A stretch of 64,000 nucleotides of DNA from Macrostomum lignano (taxonomy: Eukaryota). Each line of letters starts with the position of its first letter. The first letter of the stretch is position 1. The translations under genes were made by a program, and so were the position numbers. The notes below the pieces were generated by a model. It did not search any database, had not been told where the DNA came from, and saw only the letters and a program-made list of their open reading frames with translations. The stretch is from contig NIVC01002055.1 of NCBI GenBank assembly GCA_002269645.1, positions 1-64,000 of the forward strand, given 5' to 3'. Below are positions 49,556 through 61,374 of the stretch, piece after piece.

Positions 49556-52500
49556 CTACAACTGGCTGTTGCCATGGTGACCAGCAGTATTTCTGCCGCC
49601 GCAGAGGCTGGCAAAGACGGCCAGCTGCTGCCAGAAGGCGGCCGCATCCTGCAGACAAACCGATGCAGTTGAGGGCAATCCGAAGGCTGACGAAGCAGAG
49701 GGCATCGACAGTGTCGAATGAGGCGGCGGAGGCGGCGGCGGCGGAGGCGGTAGCGGAGGCGGCGGCAGAACGAACCGGGGCGGTGCGACAAACTAAAAGA
49801 ATCGTGTACAACGTAATGTTTTGCGACGTTAGCTCACTGCCTTCAAGCATATGAAATGGTAAGTTTAAATCCGGATGCTTATAAACACTGCTCAGTCTAC
49901 TCACCGGAAACCGCGGCAGAGGCACCACAGGCTTGGAGCCGTGGATCAGGGTGCAGCCTGGAATTAAATGAAAGAAGAGCTGTGTTAGTTGCCATGGAGC
50001 GTCCGGTCTTCATTGGGAAGGTTGGGGTTCGAATCTAGCAGCGGTTCGGTGTAATGATGTGAAATATATATTTACGATGCTTATTTATACTACTATGCTT
50101 CGTTAGAGAAGTGAGAAGTAGCAAGTAAAGCGTATATAGTAATGTTAAAAGTTTCTGCATTTTTTCGATTATCAGCCAAACCGATATGTATCGAAAATTG
50201 TAAAAATTGCCTTCTTTGTACAAGCTTAGTGCATCACTACCTCTAATAGAAGAATAATATTGCCAGCCAGGAAATTCAAACAAAAACGATTTGTTGTCAT
50301 TAAAATCTCAAAAAAATATGATGCGTCAAATAATTATATACTGCACAAGCCTACTCTTCTACTAAAAGTAGAATAAAGGAATTCATATCATAGTAGAAAT
50401 TAAACACCGAACCGATATGTATCGAAAAAATAATAACAAAGCGGAGAAAAACACTAACCCGGTAAATTAGCCAAGAGTCCAAGATCCTGCAGTCCGCTCG
50501 CATCGCTCCCGATCCCATCTTCGACGGCGTTGTCAAATTCGTTTCCCATCTCTTCGCTGTGGAAATTCTCTTCTTCCGTGGTGATTCCGGCTTGCTGTTG
50601 AAGCTCGGACGATTCGACGAGCTCCCGGTCGCCGCCGCCGAGATGCCTCTGGCAGTCGGTGGCATTGGCGCTGTTGACCTGCTTGCGCCATCGGGCGCGC
50701 CTGTTGCTGAACCAGACCTGCACCTTGGACTCGGACAGCGCCACCGCCGTGGCGAGGGCCTCGCGCATGGCCAGGCTGGGGTAGTGCGTCTGCTGGAACG
50801 CCGCCTCCAGCGCGCGAACCTGCTGGTCGCTGAAAGTTGTCCGGCATCGGCGACCGCTGCCAGATTTCTGCTGCTGCTGCTGCTGCTGATGCTGGCTGTT
50901 GATTGACAGCTCCGAGTTGTCCGGAGCTTCCAGGCTGGCGACAGCCGCCTCAGCATCGGACGGAGTTGTCGAAGTCACCAGCGAGTTTGCCGGCGGGCTG
51001 CCGTTTCTGCACTGTCGATTGGATGAAGCAACGGCTTCCACTGCCGGCACCTCTTCAGCTACGAGGCCATCGTTAGAGTCTTCGCATGCGGCGGTTGAAG
51101 AGGCCTGCTGATGCTGATGCTGCTGTCTGAGCTTCTTCTGCTGCGACTGCTGGCCAGCGTCTGCAGATGACGAGCTGTTCGAGTCTGCGAGAGCGCGAGG
51201 TTTCAAATGGCCCTGCCCGTTACCTTTGGCGATTGTAAGCGCTTTGAATGGGAGCGGCAGAGGCTACACAGAGGGCACACAGAGGTACACAGAAGACACA
51301 CAGAGGGACACAGAGGGCACACAGAAGGGCACACAAGAGGGACACACAGAGGGGCACACAGAAGGGCACACAGTGGGCACACAGAGGGACAGAGAGGACA
51401 CACAGAGGGCAAAAAGAGGGCACACAGAGGGACACAGAGGGCACACAGAAAACATAGAGGGCACACAGAGGGCATAGAGGGGCATGCAGAGGGACACAGA
51501 GGGCACACAGAGGGACACAGAGTACACACAGAGGGCACACAGAGGGACACAGAGTACACAGAGGGCACACAGAGGGACACAGAGTACACACAGAGGGCAC
51601 ACAGAGGGCACACAGAGGGCACACAGAGGGCACACAGAGGGCACACAGAGGGCACACAGAGGGCACACAGAGGGCACACAGAGGGACACGGAGTACACAC
51701 AGACGGCACACAGAGGGACACAGAGTACACACAGAGGGCACACAGAGGGCACACAGAGGGCACACAGAGGGCACACAGAGGGCACACAGAGGGACACGGA
51801 GTACACACAAAGGGCAAACAGAGGGACACAGAGTACACACAGAGGGCACACAGAGGGCACACAGAGGGCACACAGAGGGACACGGAGTACACACAGAGGG
51901 CACACAGTGGGACACAGAGTACACACAGAGGGCACACAGAGGGCACACAGAGGGCACACAGAGGGCACACAGAGGGCACACAGAGGGCACACAGAGGGAC
52001 ACAGAGGGCACACAGAGGGACACAGAGTACACACAGAGGGCACACAGAGGGACACAGAGTACACAGAGGGCACACAGAGGGACACAGAGTACACACAGAG
52101 GGCACACAGAGGGCACACAGAGGGCACACAGAGGGCACACAGAGGGCACACAGAGGGCACACAGAGGGCACACAGAGGGCACACAGAGGGACACGGAGTA
52201 CACACAGACGGCACACAGAGGGACACAGAGTACACACAGAGGGCACACAGAGGGCACACAGAGGGCACACAGAGGGCACACAGAGGGCACACAGAGGGAC
52301 ACGGAGTACACACAAAGGGCAAACAGAGGGACACAGAGTACACACAGAGGGCACACAGAGGGCACACAGAGGGCACACAGAGGGACACGGAGTACACACA
52401 GAGGGCACACAGTGGGACACAGAGTACACACAGAGGGCACACAGAGGGCACACAGAGGGCACACAGAGGCACACAGGGCACACAGAGGGACACAGAGTAC

Positions 52501-55500
52501 ACACAGAGGGCACACAGAGGACACACAGAGGGCACACAGAGGGCACAGAGGGACACAGAGGACACACAGAGGGCACATTCGAACCCCTTCACAATGAAAT
52601 TCCCGCCAAAATCTAGTGAACCACCTCCAACTTATTGCTACAGCAGAGAAGCCAAAAGAAAGTGTCAATTATTCATGGCAACTCGCCGCCCCATCTCAAG
52701 CTTCAATCAATCAGAGGACGGCTCTGCTACTCACACGCCTCACGAATCCGATGACTGGCCCAGTTTCAGGCGGTAATCGCATACAAATAGGCATTAACTC
52801 AATGCGAGCGTGGGTGAGTCTAGATTAGCTACTTCGTATACGAATAGATGAAACAGGTCGAACTCGGTATTTTTCGAATAGTTTCCTATCCCCCCAAAGA
52901 ACACCGAAATCCCCAACGGCAGGTGATGCGACTATGGCAACAACAAGGGAAACAGGTACATAGAGTAGAGCATAGAGCCTGCATCCTTGTCCAGGTGGTC
53001 ATATGGCCGCAGGTTTTTAACGCGTGATTGCGCACGGAGGCACAACTAAGCAGCAAGCGACATGTGTATCTAGCTGAGCATGTGGGCTGGCGGCACCTCA
53101 GTTCTCCCTCACTCAATATTCGCCGTCAGCACATGAAGCACACTGACAGGTTGGTGGAAGAAATAAATGACTTTGCATACAACTTTACAAGCCTAGTTGT
53201 TGGCTGTGTTCGGAGCCGCGGCAACTTTTAGTAGAGAATTAAGAATCATTCAAGCAAGCGAACACAACTGACAAAATGCCGGTGTTCAGAGCGTGTTGTA
53301 TATAAAAGTCAAGGCTGGACAAGCCTCTCTGTGGCCCAGCGGACAGATGCACCCTGAGGGGTGTATTAGAATCCCAACTGAACGAGGGAATATATCCCAG
53401 GACAAGATATCTGTGAATAACGCCCATTTAATTGCAATTGATTTATTTGAGTCCCCCGTGTGCTTCGTCCACTTTTTTCTCTCCTACTATAATGACTGAT
53501 GAAGCGCCCGTGAGGCTGACTGACTTCATCGGAGGTGTCAAGCTCTTCTTCTGGGCACCGGCGCACAAAAAATAACGTCAGAGGAGTCAAGGCAGGGCAG
53601 GCAGTGCAGGAGGGCAGCTCAGCAAGTCAGCCAGCCATACATCACACCATTCTGTTGTGGGCGGTGCCTCATGTCAAGGTCCGAACCATCAGCCTCTCAT
53701 CTTCTCATTGCAGCCCCACCATAATAGCGCGATTGATGACGAGTTTGGAGGATGGTGGAGGGTCCGGCATGAATTTGACAGCCACTGCGCAATCGCGCTT
53801 CTTAAAACGCATTAACAGATTTTCACCTGGCTGGCGAAAGTGTTTTTTTCTCTTTCATTTGATACTTCACTCCAACTATCTGAAACTCCTAAATTTCAGC
53901 TTAACTCTCTGAATCTAACCACTGATTCTCGAGTCTCCCTTATCCCTTTTCTTAATCCGACAAACCCTACCTATCTCCCTTATCTCAACCTTAAAAAACT
54001 CTACATGTCCCTTATCTCAACCCTACATCTCCCTTATCTCAACCTTAAAAAACTCTACATCTCCCTTATCTCAATCTTAAGCAACTCTACATCTCCCTTA
54101 TCTCAACCCTACATCTCCCTTATCTCAACCTTAAAAAACTCTACATCTCCCTTATCTCAATCTTTAACAACTCTACATCTCCCTTATCTCAACCCTACAT
54201 GTCCCTTATCTCAACCCTACATGTCCCTTATCTCAACCCTACATCTCCCTTATCTCAACCTTAAAAAACTCTACATCTCCCTTATCTCAATCTTAAGCAA
54301 CTCTACATCTCCCTTATCTCAACCCTACATGTCCCTTATCTCAACCTTAAAAAACTCTACATCTCCCTTATCTCAATCTTAAGCAACTCTACATCTCCCT
54401 TATCTCAACCCTACATCTCCCTTATCTCAACCTTAAAAAACTCTACATCTCCCTTATCTCAATCTTAAGCAACTCTACATCTCCCTTATCTCAACCCTAC
54501 ATATCCCTTATCTCAACCCTACATCTCCCTTATCTCAACCTTAAAAAACTCTACATCTCCCTTATCTCAACCCTACATATCCCTTATCTCAACCCTACAT
54601 CTCCCTTATCTCAACCTTAAAAAACTCTACATCTCCCTTATCTCAATCTCAAGCAACTCTACATCTCCCTTATCTCAACCCTACATCTCCCTTATCTCAA
54701 CCTTAAAAAACTCTACATCTCCCTTATCTCAATCTTTAACAACTCTACATCTCCCTTATCTCAACCCTACATGTCCCTTATCTCAACCCTACATCTCCCT
54801 TATCTCAACTCTACATCTCCCTTATCTCAACCCTACATGTCCCTTATCTCAACCCTACATCTCCCTTATCTCAACCCCAGAAACCCAACATCTCCCAATC
54901 TCCCAATCCCCGCGTCCAGCCTCACCGCTGCGCCTCATCAACCGGCTGATGGCGGCCACGCTGGGTGCCGTCCGCTCGTCGCACAGCCCGCCAGCGACCA
55001 GACGAGCCCGAATCTCCCAGGCCGGCAGGCTGGGCTCCCGGGCCCGGATCGCTTGGATTCGCCGATCAACCGGTTCCGCCACGGCTCGCCGGTTGCCGCC
55101 GGTGACGCCGGGTGTCACCGTGCCTGCCGTGCGCGGACAAGGTGCATGCACGGCTTTTACACATGTTTTTCTTCAGCTAAAACTTATACGCCTGAGATCT
55201 ACTCACCTCTCAACAATGTGTCTTCTCTGCTCACTCTTTTCTCATTGTTTTGCATTCTATCCTTGAGATTTATACTCCTAGGCCCGCTCTCTACTTCTCA
55301 TTTCTCTGTTTCGCATGATTGTCTCTTTCTCATGGATCTCTCGTCTCTTTCTCATGGATCTCTCGTCTCTTTCTCATGGATCTCTCGTCTCTTTCTCATG
55401 GATCTCTCGTCTCTTTCTCATGGATCTCTCGTCTCTTTCTCATGGATCTCTCGTCTCTTTCTCACGGATCTCTCGTCTCTTTTGCATAGATCACTTTGTC

Positions 55501-58500
55501 TCTTTCTCATGAATCTCTCGTCTCTTTCTCACGGATCTCTCGTCTCTTTCTCATGAATCTCTTGTCTCTCTCTCATGGATATTTCGTCTATTTCTCATGG
55601 ATCTCTCGTCTCTTTCTCATGAATCTCTCGTCTCTTTCTCATAGATCTCATCTATCGTCTCTTTCTCATGGATATTTTGTCTCTTTCTCACGGGTCTCTC
55701 GTCTCTTTCTCATGGATATTTTGTCTCTTTCTCGTGGATCTCTCGTCTCTTTCTCATGGATCTCTCGTCTCTTTCTCATGAATCTCTCGTCTCTTTCTCA
55801 TAGATCTCATCTATCGTCTCTTTCTCATGGATATTTTGTCTCTTTCTCACGGGTCTCTCGTCTCTTTCTCATGGATATTTTGTCTCTTTCTCGTGGATCT
55901 CTCGTCTCTTTCTCATGGATTTCTCGTCTCTTTCTCATGGATCTCTCGTCTCTTTTTCATGGATCTCTCGTCTCTTTCTCACGGAACTCTCATATCTTTC
56001 TCAATCTTTTTCTAACTTAAGTAATCCGTCTAAATATCAATTGTATTATATTAAATACTTATTTTCAAAAGAAGCCTTACCTGTCTCCTGAAACCGTTGC
56101 AAGATCTTGCTCACGCATCCGTGACTGACCCGCAGTCGGCGGCTGATGTCGCAGGGCCGGACGCCTTTGCCAGCCAGTTCGACAATCTGCACCCGGACGT
56201 GGTGCGGCAGCGGCCGGCCGTTGATGAACACCCCGCCGAGCTGGTTGACCCGGCCTTGGCCTGCTAGGCGAACGCGTCAGAGAGCATGCGTGAATTTTTG
56301 TTTTTTAAAAATTTGTCGATTTTTTGTCCCTTGGTCTGCATTCCTGTCGTCTCTTGGTTGGCAGCCCCTGTCTCTTGGTTGGTGCCCCTGTCTCTTGGTG
56401 GGCGCCCCTGTCTCTTGGTGGGCGCTCCGTCTCTGGTTGGTGCCCCTTGTTGGGCGCCCCTGTCTCTGGTTGGCGCCCCTTGGTGGGCGCCCCTGTCTCT
56501 GGTTGGCGCCCGTTGTTGGGCGCCCCTGTCTCTGGTTGGCGCCCCTTATTATTTATTAGAGGCAGGGGGGTTGTGTGCACCCTGGCGCACTTTAAGCGAC
56601 ATAGGCACACAACCGGCGAGAGGCATTACTGCCCATTCCGCCGACTCCCCTGAGCAGGCATACAAGCGCGCGGATACGTTACGCAGGCACACACTCACAC
56701 AGGAGTGTACAGCGGCCCTAACTTTATCAATTGTTAGGCATGTACACTTCACTGCGCCTTGGGGGGTTGGCTCTCAAGGCCGTTAATTGCACAAGCGAGC
56801 CAAGCCGAAATTCCAATTCAGCCCCAAATTAATGTGGCTGCACTTGGAATCGAGCCTGGGTAGCGGCACACCAGAGCAGCTGCGCTACCGCTGGGCTACG
56901 GCCCCCCGTTGGCGCCCCTTGGTGGGCGCCCCTGTCTCTGGTTGGCACCCCTTGGTGGGCGCCCCTGTCTATTGGTTGGCAACCCCTGTCTCTTGGTTGG
57001 CAACCCCTGTCTATTGGTTGGCAACCCCTGTCTCTTGGTGGGCGCCCCTGTCTCTTGGTTGGCGCCTCTGTCTCTTGGTGGTCTCCCCTTGGTGGGCGCC
57101 GGTCTCTTGGTGGGCGTCCCTGTCTCTTGGTGGGCGCCCCTGTCTCTTGGTTGGTGCCTCTGTCTCTTGGTGGTCTCCCCTTGGTGGGCGCCGGTCTCTT
57201 GGTGGGCGTCCCTGTCTCTTGGTGGGCGCCCCTGTCTCTTGGTTGGCGCCTCTGTCTCTTGGTGGTCTCCCCTTGGTGGGCGCCCCCACCCCTGTCTTAG
57301 GCCGCTGGAGGTTAACGTCCAACAGGTGGCAAAAGTCGAACTTCTGTCATTCGCCGAGCTCTTTCATTTATAATTCGTTGTAGCGCAATTTTGTGGGGCC
57401 TTAGCCGCCTTATTTAGATTCATCTAACAGCTTAAAATCATTGCTTTCGTGCAGCAGGCGACTTAGGCTTACGCACTGTCTGTTGCTACACGATAGCATA
57501 CGTGGTTTAAAGGCATCTTGGTATTGGTATAATAGCTAAACTGCTATAATTAACTTAATCAGTTCTAAATGATAAATGACTGACCAGGTGTATAGGAGGA
57601 GCTCAAAAACAAAAGCTTTGTTATTCTATACCTGAAATCACTGTATTGGCACTCCAACTATCTACTATCTAACATCGCTTGCTCACACTTGCCTGCTCAC
57701 TGGCGCGGAAGCTGAAATTATCCTCAAACAGAAATGATTTCAAAGTTGAAATATCCTCTTATATAATTGGCCTCGGGTGTATATGGGAAGGTGTATGGCA
57801 CCATGCACCAGCCCGCATGCAAAAACTTGGCTAGACAGAGCATTCAAGCGAAGTGCAAAGGCTCCAATATAAGCCTATAATGCATATATATGCCCAAGGG
57901 CGAAGATTAAACGGAATCATTGTTAAGCCTATACACTACAGCTCCATTGTAAATGACTTTGCCGAAATCTGGGAGACAAAAGTCAACGATGCGCGCGCGT
58001 CAAGGAGATTTTTGCTCTGCGAATAACTTTAAAAAATTCGCGTCGAAAACCTTTTTTTATCTTCCAGGCAATGGAATCCCTGGTTAGCCGGGAAATAACC
58101 CAGGTGAGGTGAAAAATATCCAAGATAGAATCCCTGGCAACTGTAAAATAACCAAGATGGAACCCCTGTCACCCATATCTATCTACAGAAACCCCTATTG
58201 TCACCCATATCTATCTACAGACAGAAACCCCTATTGTCACCCATATCTATCTACAGAAACCCCTATTGTCACCCATATCTATCTATAGAAACCCCTGTCA
58301 CCCATACCAATCTATAAGAACCCCTGTTGTCACCCACATCTATCTATAGGAACCCCTGTCACCCACATCTATCTATAGGAACCCCTGTCACCCATATCTA
58401 TCTACAGAAACCCCTATTGTCACCCATATCTATCTATAGAAACCCCTGTCACCCATACCAATCTATAAGAACCCCTGTTGTCACCCACATCTATCTATAG

Positions 58501-59366
58501 GAACCCCTGTGTCACCCATCTATCTATAGGAACCCCTGTCACCCATATCTATCTATAGGAACCCCTGTCACCCATATCTATCTATAGAAACCCCTGTCAC
58601 CCATATCTATCTACAGAAACCCCTGTTGTCACCCATATCTATCTATAGAACCCCTGTCACCCATATCTATCTATAGGAACCCCTGTCACCCATATCTATA
58701 GGAACCCCTGTCACCCATATCTATCTATAGGAACCCCTGTCACCCATATCTAGGAACCCCTGTCACCCATATCTATAGGAACCCCTGTCACCCATATCTA
58801 TATAGGAACCCCTGTCACCCATATCTAGCTATAGGAACCCCTGTCACCCATATCTATATAGGAACCCCTGTCACCCATATCTATAAGAACCCCTGTCACC
58901 CATATCTATAAGAACCCCTGTCACCCATATCTATAAGAACCCCTGTCACCCATATCTATAGGAACCCCTGTCACCCATATCTATAAGAACCCCTGTCACC
59001 CATATCTATAAGAACCCCTGTCACCCATATCTATAAGAACCCCTGTCACCCATATCTATAAGAACCCCTGTCACCCATATCTATAGGAACCCCTGTCACC
59101 CATATCTATAAGAACCCCTGTCACCCATATCTAGCTATAGGAACCCCTGTCACCCATATCTATTTCCATATCTATTGGAAAAAACCTAGGTAATCCTTGT
59201 AAGGGTCCCTGTCGGTGACCTCTATATATATCACTTAAACTAATAGTAACTTACCGTCAAACATCATTGTCGGAAGCTGCGAGCGCCTTGCTGGCTGCTG
59301 CGGCTGAGGCAGCGGTGGTGGCGGTGGCGGTGGCGCTTGAGGGTGTGACAGGAAATTGTCCATCAT
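49556..59366 (-). CDS. Pax3/7: Pax3/7-like paired-box + paired-type (S50) homeodomain transcription factor, 6 exons, ~514 aa
   Basis: Exons 59366-59255, 56260-56081, 55123-54926, ~51223-50459, 49957-49905, 49792-49556 (frame-consistent). Paired N-terminus [21 protein letters not shown] and homeodomain THYP...[14 protein letters not shown] are Pax3/7-type; Pro/Ser-rich C-terminus. The homeodomain-exon acceptor and last two exons are less certain. Confidence 0.85.
51265..52575. repeat. 11-bp minisatellite (GCACACAGAGG) with GTAC variants, Pax intron
   Basis: Direct reading. Confidence 0.95.
53950..54880. repeat. 22-bp minisatellite (CTACATCTCCCTTATCTCAACC) with longer variants, Pax intron
   Basis: Direct reading. 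Confidence 0.93.
55320..55990. repeat. 22-bp minisatellite (TCTCTTTCTCATGGATCTCTCG), Pax intron inside the paired box
   Basis: Direct reading. Confidence 0.93.
56345..57300. repeat. ~20-24-bp minisatellite (GGTGGGCGCCCCTGTCTCTT), split by a unique/dispersed insert at ~56545-56905
   Basis: Direct reading. Confidence 0.88.
56694..56777. mobile_element. Short dispersed repeat, copy 3 (inverted relative to copies 1 and 2)
   Basis: CTCACACAGGAGTGTACAGCGGCCCT...TAGGCATGTACACTT...GCCTTGGGGGGTTGGCTCTCA matches the reverse complement of 29312-29395. Confidence 0.55.
58155..59150. repeat. 21-26-bp minisatellite (GAACCCCTGTCACCCATATCTAT..), Pax intron 1
   Basis: Direct reading. Confidence 0.93.
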
Positions 59367-59399
59367 TTTCCTCTCCAACCGAAAAAAACTTCCACTGAT

Positions 59400-59650
59400 T
59401 AAAAGCGGCAAGCCTCAGTGCCGATGAGGGTTGGTCAACAGCTTGGCAATAAATAACTGCAGATTCCCAGTTATAAATTGCCTTCCATTTGTCTTAAACA
59501 CCAGAGTGGAAGGGGAGCAGGGCAGCGCTGTGAGCCAGCCAATGAAAAGTTGAGCAGATAAATGTGGCGGAACCAATCAGACCGGACTTGAATCAGCGCT
59601 TGAATCATTTGTAAATAGTGAGGGGGGGCATTCTTATCGCAATTCCCTTA
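59400..59650 (-). promoter_or_regulatory. Probable Pax3/7 proximal promoter / 5' region with CCAAT boxes
   Basis: Directly upstream of ATG 59366; AGCCAATG (~59537) and AACCAATCAG (~59571). Position-based inference only. Confidence 0.35.
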
Positions 59651-59948
59651 ATCTATGAAAGCCTGTCTGTCTCAGTGACTGTCGACTCGGAGGAACTGGA
59701 GTCGATTTCTCTTTGGGTATGGATCATTAGTTTCTCTTATTAGGGAGTCTTATCGCCTAGTAACTGTTACTGCTACATGCTTCACTGCCTCTCGCTTGTT
59801 CCAATCTGCTTGATTTATTTGCAGGAACAGCTAGTGGGTGGCAGGGAGATGGATTGGGTGCGGAAGCGAACTGAGAGACCAGCCCATCGAATTCAGCTTG
59901 TTTTTAACGGTCAAGACAGATGCTGAAGCTGAGAAATTGGATAATTAA

Positions 59949-60518
<570 letters not shown>

Positions 60519-61374
60519 CTGCATGCTGAGTATAGTTCACATCCATAAACCTCACTAATCAGCCAAAATGCAAGATACAAGAGAATAAAAAGACAAAGTG
60601 AAAATATTGATGCTGGGTCTTAGCAGATCATGACGTCCCGAAATTCGATTCAGCCAGCCTCCCTCCTCCTACATCCCCTCAGCCGTCGCTCGTGCTAATT
60701 CGCAAAACCAGAGCAGCCTGGCGGGGGAGAGTAAAAATTCCTCACTATTAAAATTTGAAAATTTAAAACAGCCCCCCCCCCTGCAGAGTCAGCCAGAGAC
60801 TGCAGAATCCAAATGTATCCAAATTCCATGGCGTTATGAGCTGGGAGAGCAACAAGTTTTTTTTCTGCAAACCGCCGCCAGGGGCTTTGCGTTTAGAGAT
60901 GCGCAAGGGCGGCGGCGGTGGGTTTGGAGGAAATTTCGTATTTTTGATGAGGCTGACAGGTGGCGCTGCTCTTGGAGCGAGGAAAAAGTGACAGTTGCGC
61001 AGATTGGCAGCGGCGGCGACAGCCTCTGGCGCGGGTGTTGGGCAGACCCAGTTAGCAGATAAAATTTCCTATTACATTATATAGGCCTATTAGGCCACTT
61101 AGACGGCCCGTTAAACCCGGGCCGTTAGCTTGCTGCAGGAGAAAGGTGCTCGCAACTGGAACATTATTCTGAAGGAATTTTAGGCCTATGCAGACTGATC
61201 CCCTTGAAGGACAACGGGCAATATAGAGAGCGGTATTGAGCTTGCCGCAGCTTAAAGATAGCTCAGACATGCCACTGCAGTCATGATGCATGCAGTTCAT
61301 CTCTGATGATGGAGAAATCTGGCGCGATATTTTGAACAGAATTTTTGAAAGTTTGAAGTTTACGGAGGGTCTTT

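Noticed and set aside
49568-50001. RFX X-boxes (GTTGCCATGGTGAC at 49568; GTTGCCATGG at 49988) and a plus-strand ATG|GTAAGT at ~49856 suggesting a ciliary-gene promoter
   Set aside because: The better site lies in the predicted last Pax coding exon, the second is a half site, and no downstream plus-strand gene is evident.
52600-53900. Extra Pax exon (octapeptide) or TE ORF
   Set aside because: No octapeptide-like or recognisable domain in the frames I translated; short ORFs only.
60953-60968. CTCF-like motif (CTGACAGGTGGCGCTG)
   Set aside because: Single partial match; CTCF has been reported absent from flatworms and there is no supporting evidence.
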